A stretch of DNA of 64,000 nt. Source: Acanthaster planci (Eukaryota). Positions 39,292 through 54,200 of the stretch are shown in pieces. Where the stretch lies: the NCBI RefSeq assembly GCF_001949145.1, contig NW_019091356.1:2364932-2428931 (forward strand). The letters are read 5' to 3'. The notes beneath the pieces were generated by a model. The model was not told where the DNA came from. It ran no database searches and was given only the letters and a program-made list of their open reading frames with translations. The translations under genes were made by a program, and so were the position numbers. Position 1 is the first letter of the stretch; every line of letters begins with the position of its first letter.

Positions 39292-41151
39292 CAGGGTTCT
39301 CCCCACGTACAAACTTGCGTATCGGGCGCGATACGCAATTATTTCTGCCCGATACACAAACAAGGGGCCGATACCCATTTTTTCATTCCTGATACGCACA
39401 ATATAATTATGATAGTGTGACTCNNNNNNNNNNNNNNNNNNNNNNNNNNNNNNNNNNNNNNNNNNNNNNNNNNNNNNNNNNNNNNNNNNNNNNNNNNNNN
39501 NNNNNNNNNNNNNNNNNNNNNNNNNNNNNNNNNNNNNNNNNNNNNNNNNNNNNNNNNNNNNNNNNNNNNNNNNNNNNNNNNNNNNNNNNNNNNNNNNNNN
39601 NNNNNNNNNNNNNNNNNNNNNNNNNNNNNNNNNNNNNNNNNNNNNNNNNNNNNNNNNNNNNNNNNNNNNNNNNNNNNNNNNNNNNNNNNNNNNNNNNNNN
39701 NNNNNNNNNNNNNNNNNNNNNNNNNNNNNNNNNNNNNNNNNNNNNNNNNNNNNNNNNNNNNNNNNNNNNNNNNNNNNNNNNNNNNNNNNNNNNNNNNNNN
39801 NNNNNNNNNNNNNNNNNNNNNNNNNNNNNNNNNNNNNNNNNNNNNNNNNNNNNNNNNNNNNNNNNNNNNNNNNNNNNNNNNNNNNNNNNNNNNNNNNNNN
39901 NNNNNNNNNNNNNNNNNNNNNNNNNNNNNNNNNNNNNNNNNNNNNNNNNNNNNNNNNNNNNNNNNNNNNNNNNNNNNNNNNNNNNNNNNNNNNNNNNNNN
40001 NNNNNNNNNNNNNNNNNNNNNNNNNNNNNNNNNNNNNNNNNNNNNNNNNNNNNNNNNNNNNNNNNNNNNNNNNNNNNNNNNNNNNNNNNNNNNNNNNNNN
40101 NNNNNNNNNNNNNNNNNNNNNNNNNNNNNNNNNNNNNNNNNNNNNNNNNNNNNNNNNNNNNNNNNNNNNNNNNNNNNNNNNNNNNNNNNNNNNNNNNNNN
40201 NNNNNNNNNNNNNNNNNNNNNNNNNNNNNNNNNNNNNNNNNNNNNNNNNNNNNNNNNNNNNNNNNNNNNNGTATCTTACATAATGCAGATTGCATGTCCG
40301 GAAAATCTAGACGAAAAAGCAGTTAATAGTCCTGCATTTTTCTGTGTACATGTACATACTATAGGTAGCCTACATAGTACATGCATTGTGCACCAGGCGT
40401 TGGCGGCCACACTGCACACCGTACATGTACATCGGCACCGAATGTTCTTCATGGCTGGTGTGGCATGAAATCTGAACTTTCGTCATGGGCGTCGTACATG
40501 CACCCGCACGCATGTGTGCTTTCTCTGTGCTGTGTGCTCAATAGGCTAGTGGGGCTGCATTTACGAAGGTTAAAATTTTATACTATACCATTTTCAGAAC
40601 TTAAAACATCGATCCCACACAAGTTTTTTTTCTCATGGCGGCAGCCGTAGCCCTATGTAACAGTATTAATGGCATCTATGACGGGGACGATATTTCTCAT
40701 TGCCGTATCACCGCATTTTGTCTCGCGCACAATGGCACAAACTCAATCAAAGATAGGCTCTTTTCTTAAGCCAATAACATCAGCAGTCCGCGCTGATGGA
40801 AACCCAAAGGCAAACGAAGCAGCCACCTGCAGCACGTGCACGGAAGGCGCCGGCAGAGGAAGGGAAGCCGCTGATACCACATCGTAGAATAAAAAGTAGA
40901 GGACAACTAGTCATTTGTTAAAATATTGATATCCAAAATTTAAAAAAAATATTGAATCTCTTGTTTTTTCCCTGAGGAAAGGTACTTGAAAAGCCCAGGA
41001 AATGCTCTAAAATGCAGTTGAGAGCATCTAAAGGCCAAATATTTTCGGGGCCCACCCAAGGGCCCCGCACCCCATGCCATGGCATTGCAAAATGTTTGTA
41101 AACCACAATGGAAATCCCTCACAGTTTTGAAAAATCCTTTGGAGAACCCTG
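39292..41151. mobile_element. Element of about 1.86 kb with CAGGGTTCTCC terminal inverted repeats, spanning the large N gap
   Basis: CAGGGTTCTCC at 39292 and GGAGAACCCTG ending at 41151. TATGG is repeated on both flanks. It interrupts the right end of the 190-bp MITE copy. Confidence 0.65.
39424..40270. other. Assembly gap (other gaps at 34013-34019 and 51859-52041)
   Basis: Runs of N. Confidence 1.
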
Positions 41152-42202
41152 TATGGAGCACTTTCCCTGCCTTTTCTGTCCTTCATGTAGCCGTTGGTGT
41201 TTCCTAAATGAATGTTTACCTTGCCAGGCCTTTTCAGGGTTAGTCTCAGCAAGGTCTCTAACATCCCGTTTTTATGCATCTGATTTAGTATTTTGTGGGT
41301 CATAACAGAACTTCACAATTGACTTGGCTTTCCTGGGTAATTGATTTCTCCTCATGACCTTGCCGATGTCATTTGTATACTTTGGATATGAAACAACCAC
41401 GGATGTTTGTATACATGTACATGTCTGACTTGACTTTCCTGCAAAGGGAAGTGATAACTAACTCAGAGTTTATATTTACAACTTACTGGTTTGGATGTTA
41501 TTGAATAACCATGCTGTCAGGGACAAGAATCTATCATGTGATTGTGCTGGTAGTCCATTACTTTGTGTTTGACTGAAAACATTTTAATCTCCTGCTAGAT
41601 GAGTGTGGACTTTAGTCAGTAAGCTGATAGATGCGTGTAAGTGTGTTATGCAACTTACCTAGGGTTGATGCTGATTGGTTACTGTGATAGGAGTAACTGG
41701 GATGTCCAGGTGGGCTTGTTCACAGTCAGTTTTCCTTTGTCTTTTGTCAGCCAGCTTTTGTATCTCTCTTGCCAGTGGCCTGTGTCCACATGTCATTTGT
41801 GTTTGGCACAGGCTTTTGAATCCTATGCACTTAGACCAGTTAGGAGTATTTAGCAGAAACGCCTGCTGTAGCGTTTGCAATAAGGTATCTACAGGAGTTC
41901 ATCTGCAACATTTGTAGGGCTACTGGGGCTGACTTGACTTTCTGTGATGTGATAGCTGAACGTGCATTTGCTTGCTCCATGAGGAGAGCTCTTGCAGGAA
42001 CTGAAGGAGGTTCACATACAACAGCTGTTGCATGTGCAGCTGACGCGCATTCTTGTTTTTCATTTTTTTGCATTTAATCACCGCTGTTTCATGTTGTGCT
42101 TTTTGGACATTTTTACCAGTTTTTGCCTTGCCTGTATTTTCATCTGGTAGGTTCATCTGATAGGAGGAAGTTAAAAGCTGTCTTCTTAACGTGTTGTCAA
42201 TC

Positions 42203-45200
42203 ATGGGGTCGCTGTTTCGCAGTGAGGAGATGTGCCTGGCACAGGTGTTTCTCCAGTCAGAGGCAGCGTACAATTGTGTTGCAGAGCTGGGAGAGCTTGG
42301 ATTGGTACAGTTCAGAGATGTAAGTACTATCCGTCCTTATTGGTTATAACAAATTGTGTATCTGTGTACTGATACTGACGAGGAAAGTTAACATGCCGAT
42401 GTGTTTGTGCACTTATTTCAGCTTAATCCTGACGTCAATGCCTTCCAGCGGAAGTTTGTCAACGAAGTTCGCCGCTGTGATGAAATGGAACGGAAACTGC
42501 GTAGGTTTAGAAATTATTCCTCTCCTGAACTAAGTTCCTGCCTTTTTTTTTTCCTTGAGAGGAAAAGTAATGGCAATACACTGTACATGCCAGGAATTTC
42601 TGAAACAGAATAGTTCAAGGTACCTGTTCTTGTTTGGCGTAGAAAGTTGACTTGAATTAAATCGGTTCTGCTAAGAATTGTACCAGCTGAGCTATCCAGT
42701 CTTATTTTTTGCCGTTTTTAAATGCTTTATCTTCGTGTTCGCTTGCAGCGTTAACTTCCAGAATACTAATACTCATAAAACTCTGTAGTCTTTCGTTCTT
42801 CTGAATAAATTTGCACATTAAGCTCAAAGATAGGATCCCCAATGTTGAGTCTTAAATAAAAACTTGGCATGAACTCTGATGAAGTCACAGTTGTGTTTTG
42901 TGATTTTTGTCAATGCTGGACAGGATTTTTGGAGACTGAAATCCACAAGGCCGACATTCCTGTCCTGGACACAGGAGAAAACCCTGAGGCTCCAGCCCCA
43001 CGCGAGATGATCGACCTGGAGGTAAGGAGAGACAGAAATTGAAACCCTCCAATCAGAGTTCTTGAATGGTGTGCACCTACTTAAGCTGTCCAATGAGATT
43101 GCTTTCAGCCAATACCTGGGCGTAGAAATGTCCAATGAAAGCGCCTCAGACACATGCCATCACCCTCACACTTTTTGGTAAATGGCACGACCAAAACCTT
43201 AACAAAATGCAGGACAAATGCTCACCTTTTGTATGAGTTTCTTTTCAGTGGATGTGACCAATGTTTTTGAAATTTGTCAGTCCGTTCTTCATCTTTCCCC
43301 TCGCTGTTCTGTTTCTTTCAGGCCTGCTTTGATAAACTAGAAGTGGAGATGAAAGAAGTCAACACCAACCAGGAAGCCCTGAAGAGGAACTTCCTGGAGC
43401 TGACGGAGCTAAAGCACATCCTGCGCAAGACCCAGAGCTTCTTTGACGAGGTAACGTGGCGTAGGCAAACAGTCTTTCCCTTATTTTGTGTTCAGAGTTG
43501 CATTTAGTGTAAACCAGGGTCTGACATGAGACGGACCACCTTACAAATTTTAGTCTGACTGCCTTGGTCCCATTTTGGACAATAGTGCTTCTTCACGCTC
43601 AAGAATAAGGAAAATTAATTAAGAATAACAGTAATCCAAGATGTTTTGGAATTGCTTACTATTGGTTTGTTCTGCCTGGCAAAGAAAGGCCTCCAAATGC
43701 AAGATTTGATTAATTTTGAGGAAAAGAATGTAGAATTAATGTGCCACAACGGTACTGAAATAATTGTTGGCCCTGTTGGTACCGTGGCAACACCCGCATG
43801 TGTTGTGGGCACTTTGATTTGGTAGAAATTATCTGGGTCATCCCAGGCTTATCAGCGCCAGAGGGGAAATGCCGATGTGAACAGACATGCAAGGGAGTGC
43901 CTGATTGGCCAGTGGTAGAGACAGCATTTGTTGTGCATGTCGCACAGTTTGCATCCAGCAAAGTTCTCAGACGTCACTGAGACATCGCAAAGAGTTTTGG
44001 ACACCGTAGTTTGAACATGACTCACCTTGGCTATGATTGTGAGCAGACAGTTGGGGCATTTTCTTTTTCCGGTAAATGAACAGAACAAATCTTTACAGCC
44101 CGTTTCTAAAAGCTTTGTTAAAATCTCAAGTTCTTTGATGTCTGTCATAAACAATTTGCCCAAACCTCGTGCCTGGTTTATCTCTGTCATTGCGACAGAA
44201 CTTTTGTACAAAAGCTGAAAATTTGTCGGGGTCAAGACATCACAACAAATGTTGCTTCTTAGAGAATAAAGGAGATTATGAGACAGTTGGTGTGCCTGCA
44301 GGGAACCAGGTGAAGTGAACAAGTTGTCATGGACGAATTCCCGAGAAAGCTTTCTCCCAGAAAATGGATGGCATCTAGGACAGTCTTGGTTGAGGACACG
44401 TTTAGTTCTCGGTGCATGTTGATTGACCCATAGACTCTCAGTCCTAAACAGTTTTCATCATGGTTGTGCATTTTTTCCCCTTTGTTGTCTCCACGATTTT
44501 AAAAAACCTTTGATGTTAACCACTGTCTGCACTGCGTTTGTGTGACTGTGCCCAATACACTGTAAGTTTGTGGCTCAGCAAGCCATCCATGTATGACATA
44601 CCTGTGACATTTGAGGCATTGTTCATTAACAAGTAACACCCCTCCCCCTTCGGTGATTTGCATGGGTGTATTTGAGTGACACACCCTCCCTTTTCCCTCC
44701 CTTCCCTCCCTCCCTGAAGTCTCCTCGTCCCCCCTGCCTTTCTCAACTTTGTGGCCAGTTTGTTGCATCCGTGAGAATGGTGTCTTGTACATTGAAGCTG
44801 TAAGATATACTCCTGGGGACTTGTTTTAAAGTCAACAGAAATCTTCAAAGTATTGGAAAAATTTGGAAAAACATAACGGCCGTCTAATGTTTGGAATGGC
44901 CATTGTGATCTGGAAAAAATCATGGAAGTGCTTGGAAATCATGCATAAACTGACAGAATTGTTATAAAGGCATAAAACTTCACAAAGTCATGAAATATCT
45001 CGGTTTATATTTCATGATATGACACCACTATTAACCAGTCATCATTTAAAGATCAGTCGTCACCCGCAGAAAATTCATATTCATGTAAAACCACCATAAC
45101 AAATACAGTGATTGTCCCGTGGTATCACCAAAAATAGGGATATGTTCACAGACTCTGCCCAGTTTATGTAAAGACCGAGGCTTTTCAGTCACCAACTTCG

Positions 45201-48200
45201 GGACAGACGCTCGGGAAAAAATGCTACTGCTAGAACACCTGTCAAGTTACAAGATGGTTTTCATTTTGCTCTTCACACGGGATATATTCTGATCAGACAA
45301 AAAGTAATCAAGGAATCAAATGCCAGGGCACAATGAAAGAGCCAACAAGTTGTTTTTTTACTTCTGAAGTTTGATATTGACTGGAAAGTTAACCTGCTTT
45401 TGAATTGCGTACGTGTCGTTGCCTCTCATGAACCCAAAAAGAAGGGTAACAAACCTATTCTTGGCACAAAATTATCCTTGGCATTCTCGATCTGTTCCCT
45501 TTCACCCATGTACTTATATTAACTGTTTTGGGGGCAAGAAAGATTAATTCATTTTGGCCTTTTGGATTAACATCTTTCAAGATGCACAATCACTGACACA
45601 CTCTTTGCACCGACGGCTCACGGGGGAGCATCACGTCCTTTGTAAACTAAACAGCAGATGGGGTCTGCCCACTTCACTCCTAGAGAAATTCTCTCCAACC
45701 CCTCGGTGGATTTTTAACCATGTTGCGGCAGGAATGATTCCTGGCTGAAAATTTTGATTTTCAAAAAAGGCAAGAAACTGCGGCCAGCCTCGGGCACACT
45801 GCCAAATGGCACAAATGGGGATTTGTAAGAGCTGTTTAATGAACAGTATTGGTAAAATCTTTCTTGCCGTTACCTCAAAATTTACCACAATAGGCTGGGC
45901 ACAGCAGCCAAATTCCAGTTTGACACGCAGTGTGCCTCATCAAACTTCTTGGGCTTTTGGAGGTGGCTCGAGGCAAGCTCAACGTCTTAACCCATCAGCA
46001 CTGCCCGTGTTCACAGATAGCCAGGTTGTATGTAAACATCCTCCGGCACAAAGTGGTTAAAGGAACGAAGGGGAGTTGGGATTCCAGACCAGTGTATGTT
46101 ACGTGTGGATGGCACCTGTTGGATCATGTTTGCTTGCTGCTGGAAGGCATTGGCATTGATTGGTGTGCATGCCTGTCAGCAAGAGGGGAGATTGCTGTGA
46201 TCGCTGTGATTGATGTGATCATATTTCATAAGGGCTCATATGGTGGTTTCAACGATTAACTGTACACTGTCCATATAAAGTATCAACGTTTCTTCACTGA
46301 ACACAAGTTTTTGACTCTCTAACCAGCTGGAGTAAAGTTGTACTGAACGATATTGATTAATCGATTGGTAAAAAAAAGACCCCATTGTATACACCTTTAA
46401 ACGTTGCACAAGTTTCCATACCGCAGCATTACTGACTAGTAATCTCTCCTGACGGTGGACTTTATCCAGTTGCAATCGATCAGACTTGCAGCTAGGATTT
46501 CAGCGTTTAAGTGGAGACCAAAATAATTGACATTCTCTCATGCGTCGAATAGAGATATTTGGCTGGCAGTGGTCAAGTTCTCATGTCAAGTGGTCAAGCT
46601 TGGTCAAGTGGGAATATGCTCACATAATACATCTACATTGTGTTTGTTTCAGGATGCACCAAATGCCCATTGAAGGTCAAACCTGTATCCGTATTCAAAT
46701 GAGTGTAATGATATGTAAAATATTGTGAATAAATTAACCTTATATGAAGCACACATGGGTGTACACATGGGGTAATGTGGCAATGATTTACATCTGATTT
46801 GAATAACAAAAATAAAGAAAAGGATAGATAATAAGTTATTCTGAATTGTTTCCCATCTGTCTGCCTTACTAAAGAACTCATGGAGTATATTGAATGATTT
46901 TTTATTTTGCTTTGCATGTTAACAAAAGACTGGTTCTACCCCAGGTGTACACCAACGTCTACATGCACCTGTAAACCTAGATGTCTTCAGTTTAAGTTCA
47001 GTTCCGCCGTTAACACCTGGTTGTCGTGCTACATTTACCTGACTTTTCCCAAAAGGCTTTTCTCATTCGGTGGAGACTGGCTGCGCAGAGCAATACTTTT
47101 GCATTACGAGCCTCATTCTAAGTCAGAGTCGTGGCTGGCGCTATGACCTCAAGCTAAGCGTTTCTGGGAGAAATGAAGAAATGTAATGATCGAGGCGAAC
47201 AAAAAGTTTGTCCTTGCGTAGCTTGGAGGCCACACTCCAACCTCACAGTGAGAAAAGTCTGTAGTTCCATCTGTCTAGTATTAGTGTTCATTTGCAAATT
47301 TTTGTTGGTTTGGTCGTTTTGTTTTGTTTGTTTATTTTGGCATCTTGCATCTGTGCCATGCATGTGTGGGCCTTGATGGCGTCTTGTGTTACAACTTGTG
47401 CTACCTACCCCTCCTTCCTTCTCTCCATCCCATCCTACTCCTAACCGTCCACCCCCCTCCCCCGTCCCTCTGCTATCCCTTTCCCCTACCCTGTTCTTGC
47501 CCTCTTCTCCCCTGTCCCGTCCTCCCCTTGCCCCACTCCGTCGAACCCCCCGCCATCATATAAACAGGCTGAATTGCATCACCAGCAGATGCACGATGCG
47601 GACAAGGAGGAGGAGGCCCACACGCTCCTGGGAGACGAGGGACCTCGCACCGGCATGCCCATGAGACTTGGGTGGGTCTTTCTTGTTGGTTTGACCACGG
47701 TTGACCGCTGACCCAATTTTTTTGTTCTATAGTCTGTGAACCAATGCCACAAGACACATGTATCCTAATTATTACTCCTAGGCATAAGACCACAGGATAA
47801 GATCTTAGGCAATCTTGCTCTTGCTTAGCATGGCCCTGATGTGATTGTGGTAAAGTGTCTTGCTCATGGACATAAGTGGGAAGATTTCAAAATGGCTCAA
47901 GGAAATACCACATATTTTCAGGCACTGCAACCACTTGACTGGTAATCCGCATTTTGAAACTGTGTGATAAAGCTGCAAGATATGCCTTCAACAGAAGTAT
48001 GGAAATCATCCTCGCTATCAAGTTGCATTCAAACTCTAGAAGCCAAAACAAATATCCAAATTTACCATATTCAGTCGGTTGAAAGTTCTGTTTACAAACG
48101 GAAGATAAACCTTACACCAGACAACACACGGTATTAACTAAAGGGAGGTGGTGCACGTTGTCACGGTTTGTACTTTGTTGCTACCCGTTCACAGCTTTGT

Positions 48201-51200
48201 GGCAGGCGTCATTCAGCGCGAACGCATCCCAGCCTTTGAGCAGATGCTGTGGCGTGTCTGCCGCGGTAACGTGTTCCTCCGTCAGGCTGAGATCGACACG
48301 CCCCTGGAGGACCCCACTACCGTAAGAAAATAGATCATTCCTCTTTTCTACTTGTTCGGCTCAAGGTCAGAGGTCAAGAAATGGCCGAAGATTGATACCA
48401 TTTGCAGCCAATTGCAATTGCCATTTGTAATAGCCATACCCTAAAATGTACAGTACTCAGGAGTATTTATTAATTGAGTAATTGAGTATTAAATTCTCCA
48501 ATGTAGAGGAAACGTCTTGCAGAATGAGTGTTTCCTGAAGTGTAGGATTGTTGCAAAAGCATGAATATATTCATATTAAGTTGATTTCAACTTGTAAATA
48601 ACTTGTGGATTCTCCTGGTAGCCTGTTACAGTTTGGAATTTGAACCAAATTTGTTAAGGAGTAAATGTTCTTTACTTTTTTATTCCTGACTGCAGGGGGA
48701 CCAAGTACACAAGTCAGTCTTTATTATCTTCTTCCAAGGAGACCAGCTGAAGAACCGGGTGAAGAAAATCTGTGAAGGGTAAGTAAAATGGCTGCTTTCT
48801 TTCTTCTTGACATGGGAGTCATCACTCCCATGTAATTCTCAACATGAATCAATCATTGTTCTGCTGTTTGGGCCTGTCAAATTCAAGTTTTCTCTTCGTA
48901 AAGTTGAAGTAAAAGTTGCATCATCCTAGATTCTCCATCAAGAATTTGGAGATCATACTATCTTGTTATATTTGCCGATTTTTACTTCATAGTGGAAAAG
49001 GGAAATATTGACTTGAAGAATGTTTAGAGAGTCTAAGATTAAAATTCTCAGCAGTTTGACCACTTTGCACTAGTGGCAGTTATCAGTGTTGATGATGCTG
49101 GGGCGGAATAATTATCATTTTGTTCTGTTTTCAAAATTCTTCATTTACGGTACACTTACACCCACACAAAGGACTGCCTGGTTTTCTGCTCTAATCTGAC
49201 AGACAACATCTATTGATGCCGGAGTATTTCAGCCTGGCCTGCAGCCTTGTAAAAAGAGCCCAGATTGTGCAGTGTTACAAAATTTTCTTTTGTTCACGAA
49301 ACTGGCACAGTGCGCTGCTGACTTCGTTTCAATAGGGGCCAGATTAGCATGCAGTGGTACTGTGTGACTCATCGCTGCAGTGGTGGAGCACTTTTGTCCC
49401 TGGTGGTAATCCGCTTGCGCTAAATCCCCCAAACCGTGGTATACTGTTTCAAAACAAGGCTGGATTATTGCCACTATTGAGAGTGAAAAAATGTTAGTAA
49501 TGCCCAGCGGCCTGGTCTTTTGTTACGAGTACAGTCCTTTGTTACAAGGCCCGGTTCCCTTTGTCCGGTTTGGATACCCCGGCCACAGGTATAAGGAATA
49601 TGTGTCCGGTACCGGAAACCCCGGCGGCAAGTGGTTAAACATATTCAGTGGTCGTTTTCGTTGCTCTGTACATAATGAACTTTATAAAAAAGCTCACAAG
49701 AACAGAATTAAACTTTGCCTTATTTCAGCCATTTTTTTTTATCTATGACATGTTCCTCGATTGGTGTTGCTGATCAACTAAATTTTGGGGGGATGGCGTC
49801 TACCCTTTTTTTTTGCCTCAGGTTCCGTGCCACCCTGTACCCCTGCCCAGAGACGCAGCCCGAACGACGGGAGATGGCCATCGGCGTCATGACACGGATC
49901 GAAGATCTACAGGCTGTGAGTATTCTGGAAATATCGGATGGTGTGAATTGCTTCTGTTGATGTTGTGTTTTGTGTGTAACGGTAGTGTCGAAATCGGGAT
50001 CTGTCGCGGATCACCCAGTTTTAAGCCAAAAAAGCACTCCTTTATTATTGTTCATCCCTTACTTTGGATCGATCCCGTGACTGGACTTGTGAAGGGGATG
50101 AGCGAATGGACCTCCAGGCTTGACTACAGCACTTGACAGTGACACTTTGTCATGCCCGTTGACAGGTCCTGAGCCAGACAGAGGAGCACCGGCAGCGCGT
50201 CCTGTCCTCGGCCGCCAAGAACGTGCGGGTCTGGTTCATCAAGGTGCGCAAGCTGAAGGCCGTCTACCACACCCTCAACCTCTTCAACCTGGACGTGACC
50301 CAGAAGTGTCTGATCGCTGAGTGTTGGTGCCCGGTGGCTGACCTGGACAAGATCCAGATGGGGTTGCGCAGGGGAACGGTGAGTACGACCGTCACCGCCC
50401 CACTCACCTTGCCACTGTATTCCATCCTTCAGTCAGAGGACCACCTCAATTTGCCTTCTCTGTACAGAGTTTGCGCCCTTACAGCTTCAATAATTGCCAC
50501 TCAATCTCATCCAATCCAGTGAGAAGATCTCTCCAGGCTTGCGAGCGTTGGTACCAGGAATCCTTAGTTTTATCACCAGAAATGCTCAACAATAGTAGCA
50601 TTTACATATCATAGATAACCTTTAGTTCACCCTCCCAGAAATCATGTCTTATCCCAGGAAACTCTTGGGCACCCCTTGAGAGAAGCTTTGGGCCTCGGCA
50701 TATAAATCATACCAGTAGGGAAGTAACACGTATATTTAGTTTTGGAAACTGAACCTTGCCTGTTTTCCCCGCACCACCCCTTCGCCCCGATTCTCTCCCA
50801 TCCCGTCTGGACAACAGGAGCGCAGTGGCTCCACCGTTCCATCCATCCTGAATCGTATGGACACACACGAGAACCCGCCCACCTACAATAAGACCAACAA
50901 GTTCACTGAGGTGTTCCAGAGCATCGTGGACTCGTACGGCGTGGCCAGCTACCGTGAAGTCAACCCGGGTAGGAAATGCGACATTTTGGGGGTTACAATC
51001 ACGGACTTTTTTTCATCTTTTTGTTTTTTGGGAAAAGCTGTTCTCGATCTCTCTAGCATGTAAGACAGGAAGGATTTCAGAACATAGTTACCCGAGGACA
51101 CGGCACATTTTATATGTATGATTGTACTTTCTCTAGAGTTTTGTGGATGTTAATTAGAGGTGTAGAGCTTTAAGTGGAGGCCTTACTCATTTGTGACTGG

Positions 51201-54200
51201 ATCCAACAAAATGAGTCTCACTGCCCTATTTTCAGTTATTCCTGTTTTAGTGTACACAAGAAAGAACAACCTGAGCTTTTTGTATTGATGTATCACCCGA
51301 TTCATTTTCTTCTGTGTCCATTTTTTTTTCTTTCGTCCAGCCCCTTACGCCATCATCACTTTTCCGTTCCTGTTCTCCGTGATGTTTGGAGACACCGGCC
51401 ACGGCTTCATCATGTTCCTCTTCGGCCTGTGGATGGTACTGAAGGAGAAGAAGCTGGGTCCCATGATAGCGGATAACGAGGTTGGAAAGAACTGCCACCT
51501 TTCACCCCTGGAATAGACCGATCCTCTGAGCCCCACCCCCCATGTCATAGCCAATCGCAGCCCCAATCGCACAACCGAGCATCCAATAGACCTCCGATAT
51601 ACCTGAAGTTACTCAATAGAGCTCTCGGGAGCTTGTAGTGTGGCATTGAAAGAGCTCATGTTGCCGTAGAACTTTAACCTTCAATTGGTTCTCTCTAGGT
51701 TCCGTGTTGTACGCACAGAATGCAACAAATGACAACAGCGGAGTTTTGTGGCATTTTGTGCAGTGTCCAGGATAGACATAAGTCTGCCCTAGGTGTTACC
51801 TAGTTACACGGTGTATCTTCTGAGGTGACATTTCATTAACCCTCCTTTGGTTTTACAGNNNNNNNNNNNNNNNNNNNNNNNNNNNNNNNNNNNNNNNNNN
51901 NNNNNNNNNNNNNNNNNNNNNNNNNNNNNNNNNNNNNNNNNNNNNNNNNNNNNNNNNNNNNNNNNNNNNNNNNNNNNNNNNNNNNNNNNNNNNNNNNNNN
52001 NNNNNNNNNNNNNNNNNNNNNNNNNNNNNNNNNNNNNNNNNGCATGAAACAGTGAAGCACAGTTGTTGGGCAGCACAAAAGTGCAATCTGATGTTCCTGT
52101 GAGGGACTGTTGGTGCAGTGCACCACACAACACAGCTGTGCTTCTTTGAGGTGTTTACCAAATGACCCAAAGAGTAACTTCAGCATAGGAGGGTTAATCT
52201 TTTTTTTCCCGTTTCAGATTCTGGGGATGTTCTACGGCGGTCGATACATCATCATGCTGATGGGTCTGTTCTCGGTCTATGCCGGCTTCCTGTACAACGA
52301 CATTTACTCCAAATCCATGAACATCTTTGGGTCCTCCTGGCAAGTGTCCAAGATGGCCAACTTCACGTAAGTTCAACCAGAATGTTCAATTTTCCATTTT
52401 TATTTTTTGTTTTTTCCTTCCCCCCGAGCGCTTTGTTCATGCCTGTCTTGTTCTCGTCTCCCCAGTGAGGAGCTCTTGGAGAAGGACTTAACCTTACAAC
52501 TGGACCCCAAAGACGCTTATGTCGGATCACCCTACCCCTACGGCTTGGACCCGGTAAGTCACTTCTTAGGTTGCCATCACAAAGAAAGAGAGAATCTCTT
52601 TAGGACTTCTCCTACTTTGTATTGAATTCACCGTAAGGACTTCAGTGACAACTTTTGTTTTTTCCCTGAAACTTATAAAGACGAACTTGCTCCTTGTGGG
52701 ACGGTGTGCATAGTGTCTCTTTGAGAATTATTTTCACATCGTACTCCTGTTTGTTTTGATATGCCCTCCCCACCCAGATCTGGCAAGTTTCTGTCAACAA
52801 GTTGACGTTTCTGAACTCCTTCAAGATGAAGATGTCTGTCATTCTCGGGGTTTCGCAGATGACCTTGGGAGTTTGCTTGAGTGCTTTCAACCACAGGTAC
52901 AGACCGTTTGCTTAATTGAGATGTACAATGCTCAGCAGTTTATTTCAGACTAACTGTCCAAAAAACACAGTTCCTCCTTCCCTCAGGATCTCAGCTTTCA
53001 TGGACCAATATATTTGAAAACATTGCCCGCACTTGGTTTGTTGACGTTTTAATCTGTCAGCCATGCCTGTACGAACAGATGGCTTGATCATGTTTACAAG
53101 TCCTTTAGCGCGAAGTTGTTGATCACAGGATCTTTTGTCAGATGCTGCAGTAGTTTATTTTTGGGTTTTCCGACGATCATTTTTTCCCAGGTACTTTAAG
53201 AATCGCATCAACCTCTGGTGCGAGTTTGTGCCCCAGCTGATTTTCCTGGAGTTCATCTTTGGCTACCTGGTCCTCATCGTCTTCGCCAAGTGGTTCCTCT
53301 TCGACGCGGCCAGCTCCCAGTCGGCGCCGAGCCTGATCATCACCCTCATCAACATGTTCCTCTTCGTCCAGCCGCCGGGGGCCGAAAAGAAGGGCCAGGT
53401 GTCGCTTTACAGCGGACAGGTTGGTGGAAGAGAGAGAAATGTCCGTTGAAATCTGCCAGTTGTAGTTCAGTAAGGGGCCCCCTTTGCACAGACAGGCGGT
53501 TACAGAATTCCGCACGGAAAGTACCAAACACAGTGGTCCCCCGTAGGACTGCGCACACCGAGGGCAGAGAGACTGCGCGGTAAGGGGATAAACCACTGTG
53601 CTGAGAAACCTAAGCATTTTTATCAACTGATGGCGCCACTTTGGCCAATCAGTATTCTCGTTGGGTCTGACGTCACCAACTGTCTGGCGTGGTTGAGTGC
53701 TTCCTCCTCACGCCTCTTCCTTCCTGTGGGGGTGCCGTTGTAAGTGTGGAACAGAAAGTCAGTAGCATAATGATTTGCATAACGAGCAGGTTTCGGCTTT
53801 GTTGGAAAGTGTAAAGTGTTGCATGGCATATCCAGCTGGCTTTAAGTTTAACTTCTAATACCTTGCAATGTTCTGATGGAATGCAGTTAAATAACCCCCA
53901 AAATTAAATTTCGACCGTTTTCGTACCGATGATTTTCACTTCCAAATGTGACCCATCAAACCAGAACCAGGCCGAAATATGTAATTATGATGTTTGACAA
54001 TTCCTTTCCCGAACTGTAATTTTTACCCTTCAGAGCATTTCAAAGTCTAAATTCTCAGAAAATTGTGATAATAACTGGCAGTGACAGTTGTTGAACTCTC
54101 ATAAATATGAACGAGGGAAGTTCCGCTACTTCAGGAATGTGAAGTTACCTGCTTCAGCCTGGTTGTTGAATGGCACATCACCAATGTTGGATTTTGAAAA

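Noticed and set aside
39339..40295. Long ORFs of 318 and 288 aa (also 51804-52186)
   Set aside because: Artefacts of translating through N gaps.
43451..47567. Extra exons or a nested gene in the 4-kb intron of V0a copy B
   Set aside because: Candidate acceptors near 45580, 46652 and 46944 lead to stops or frame-breaking lengths, and no recognisable protein similarity was seen.
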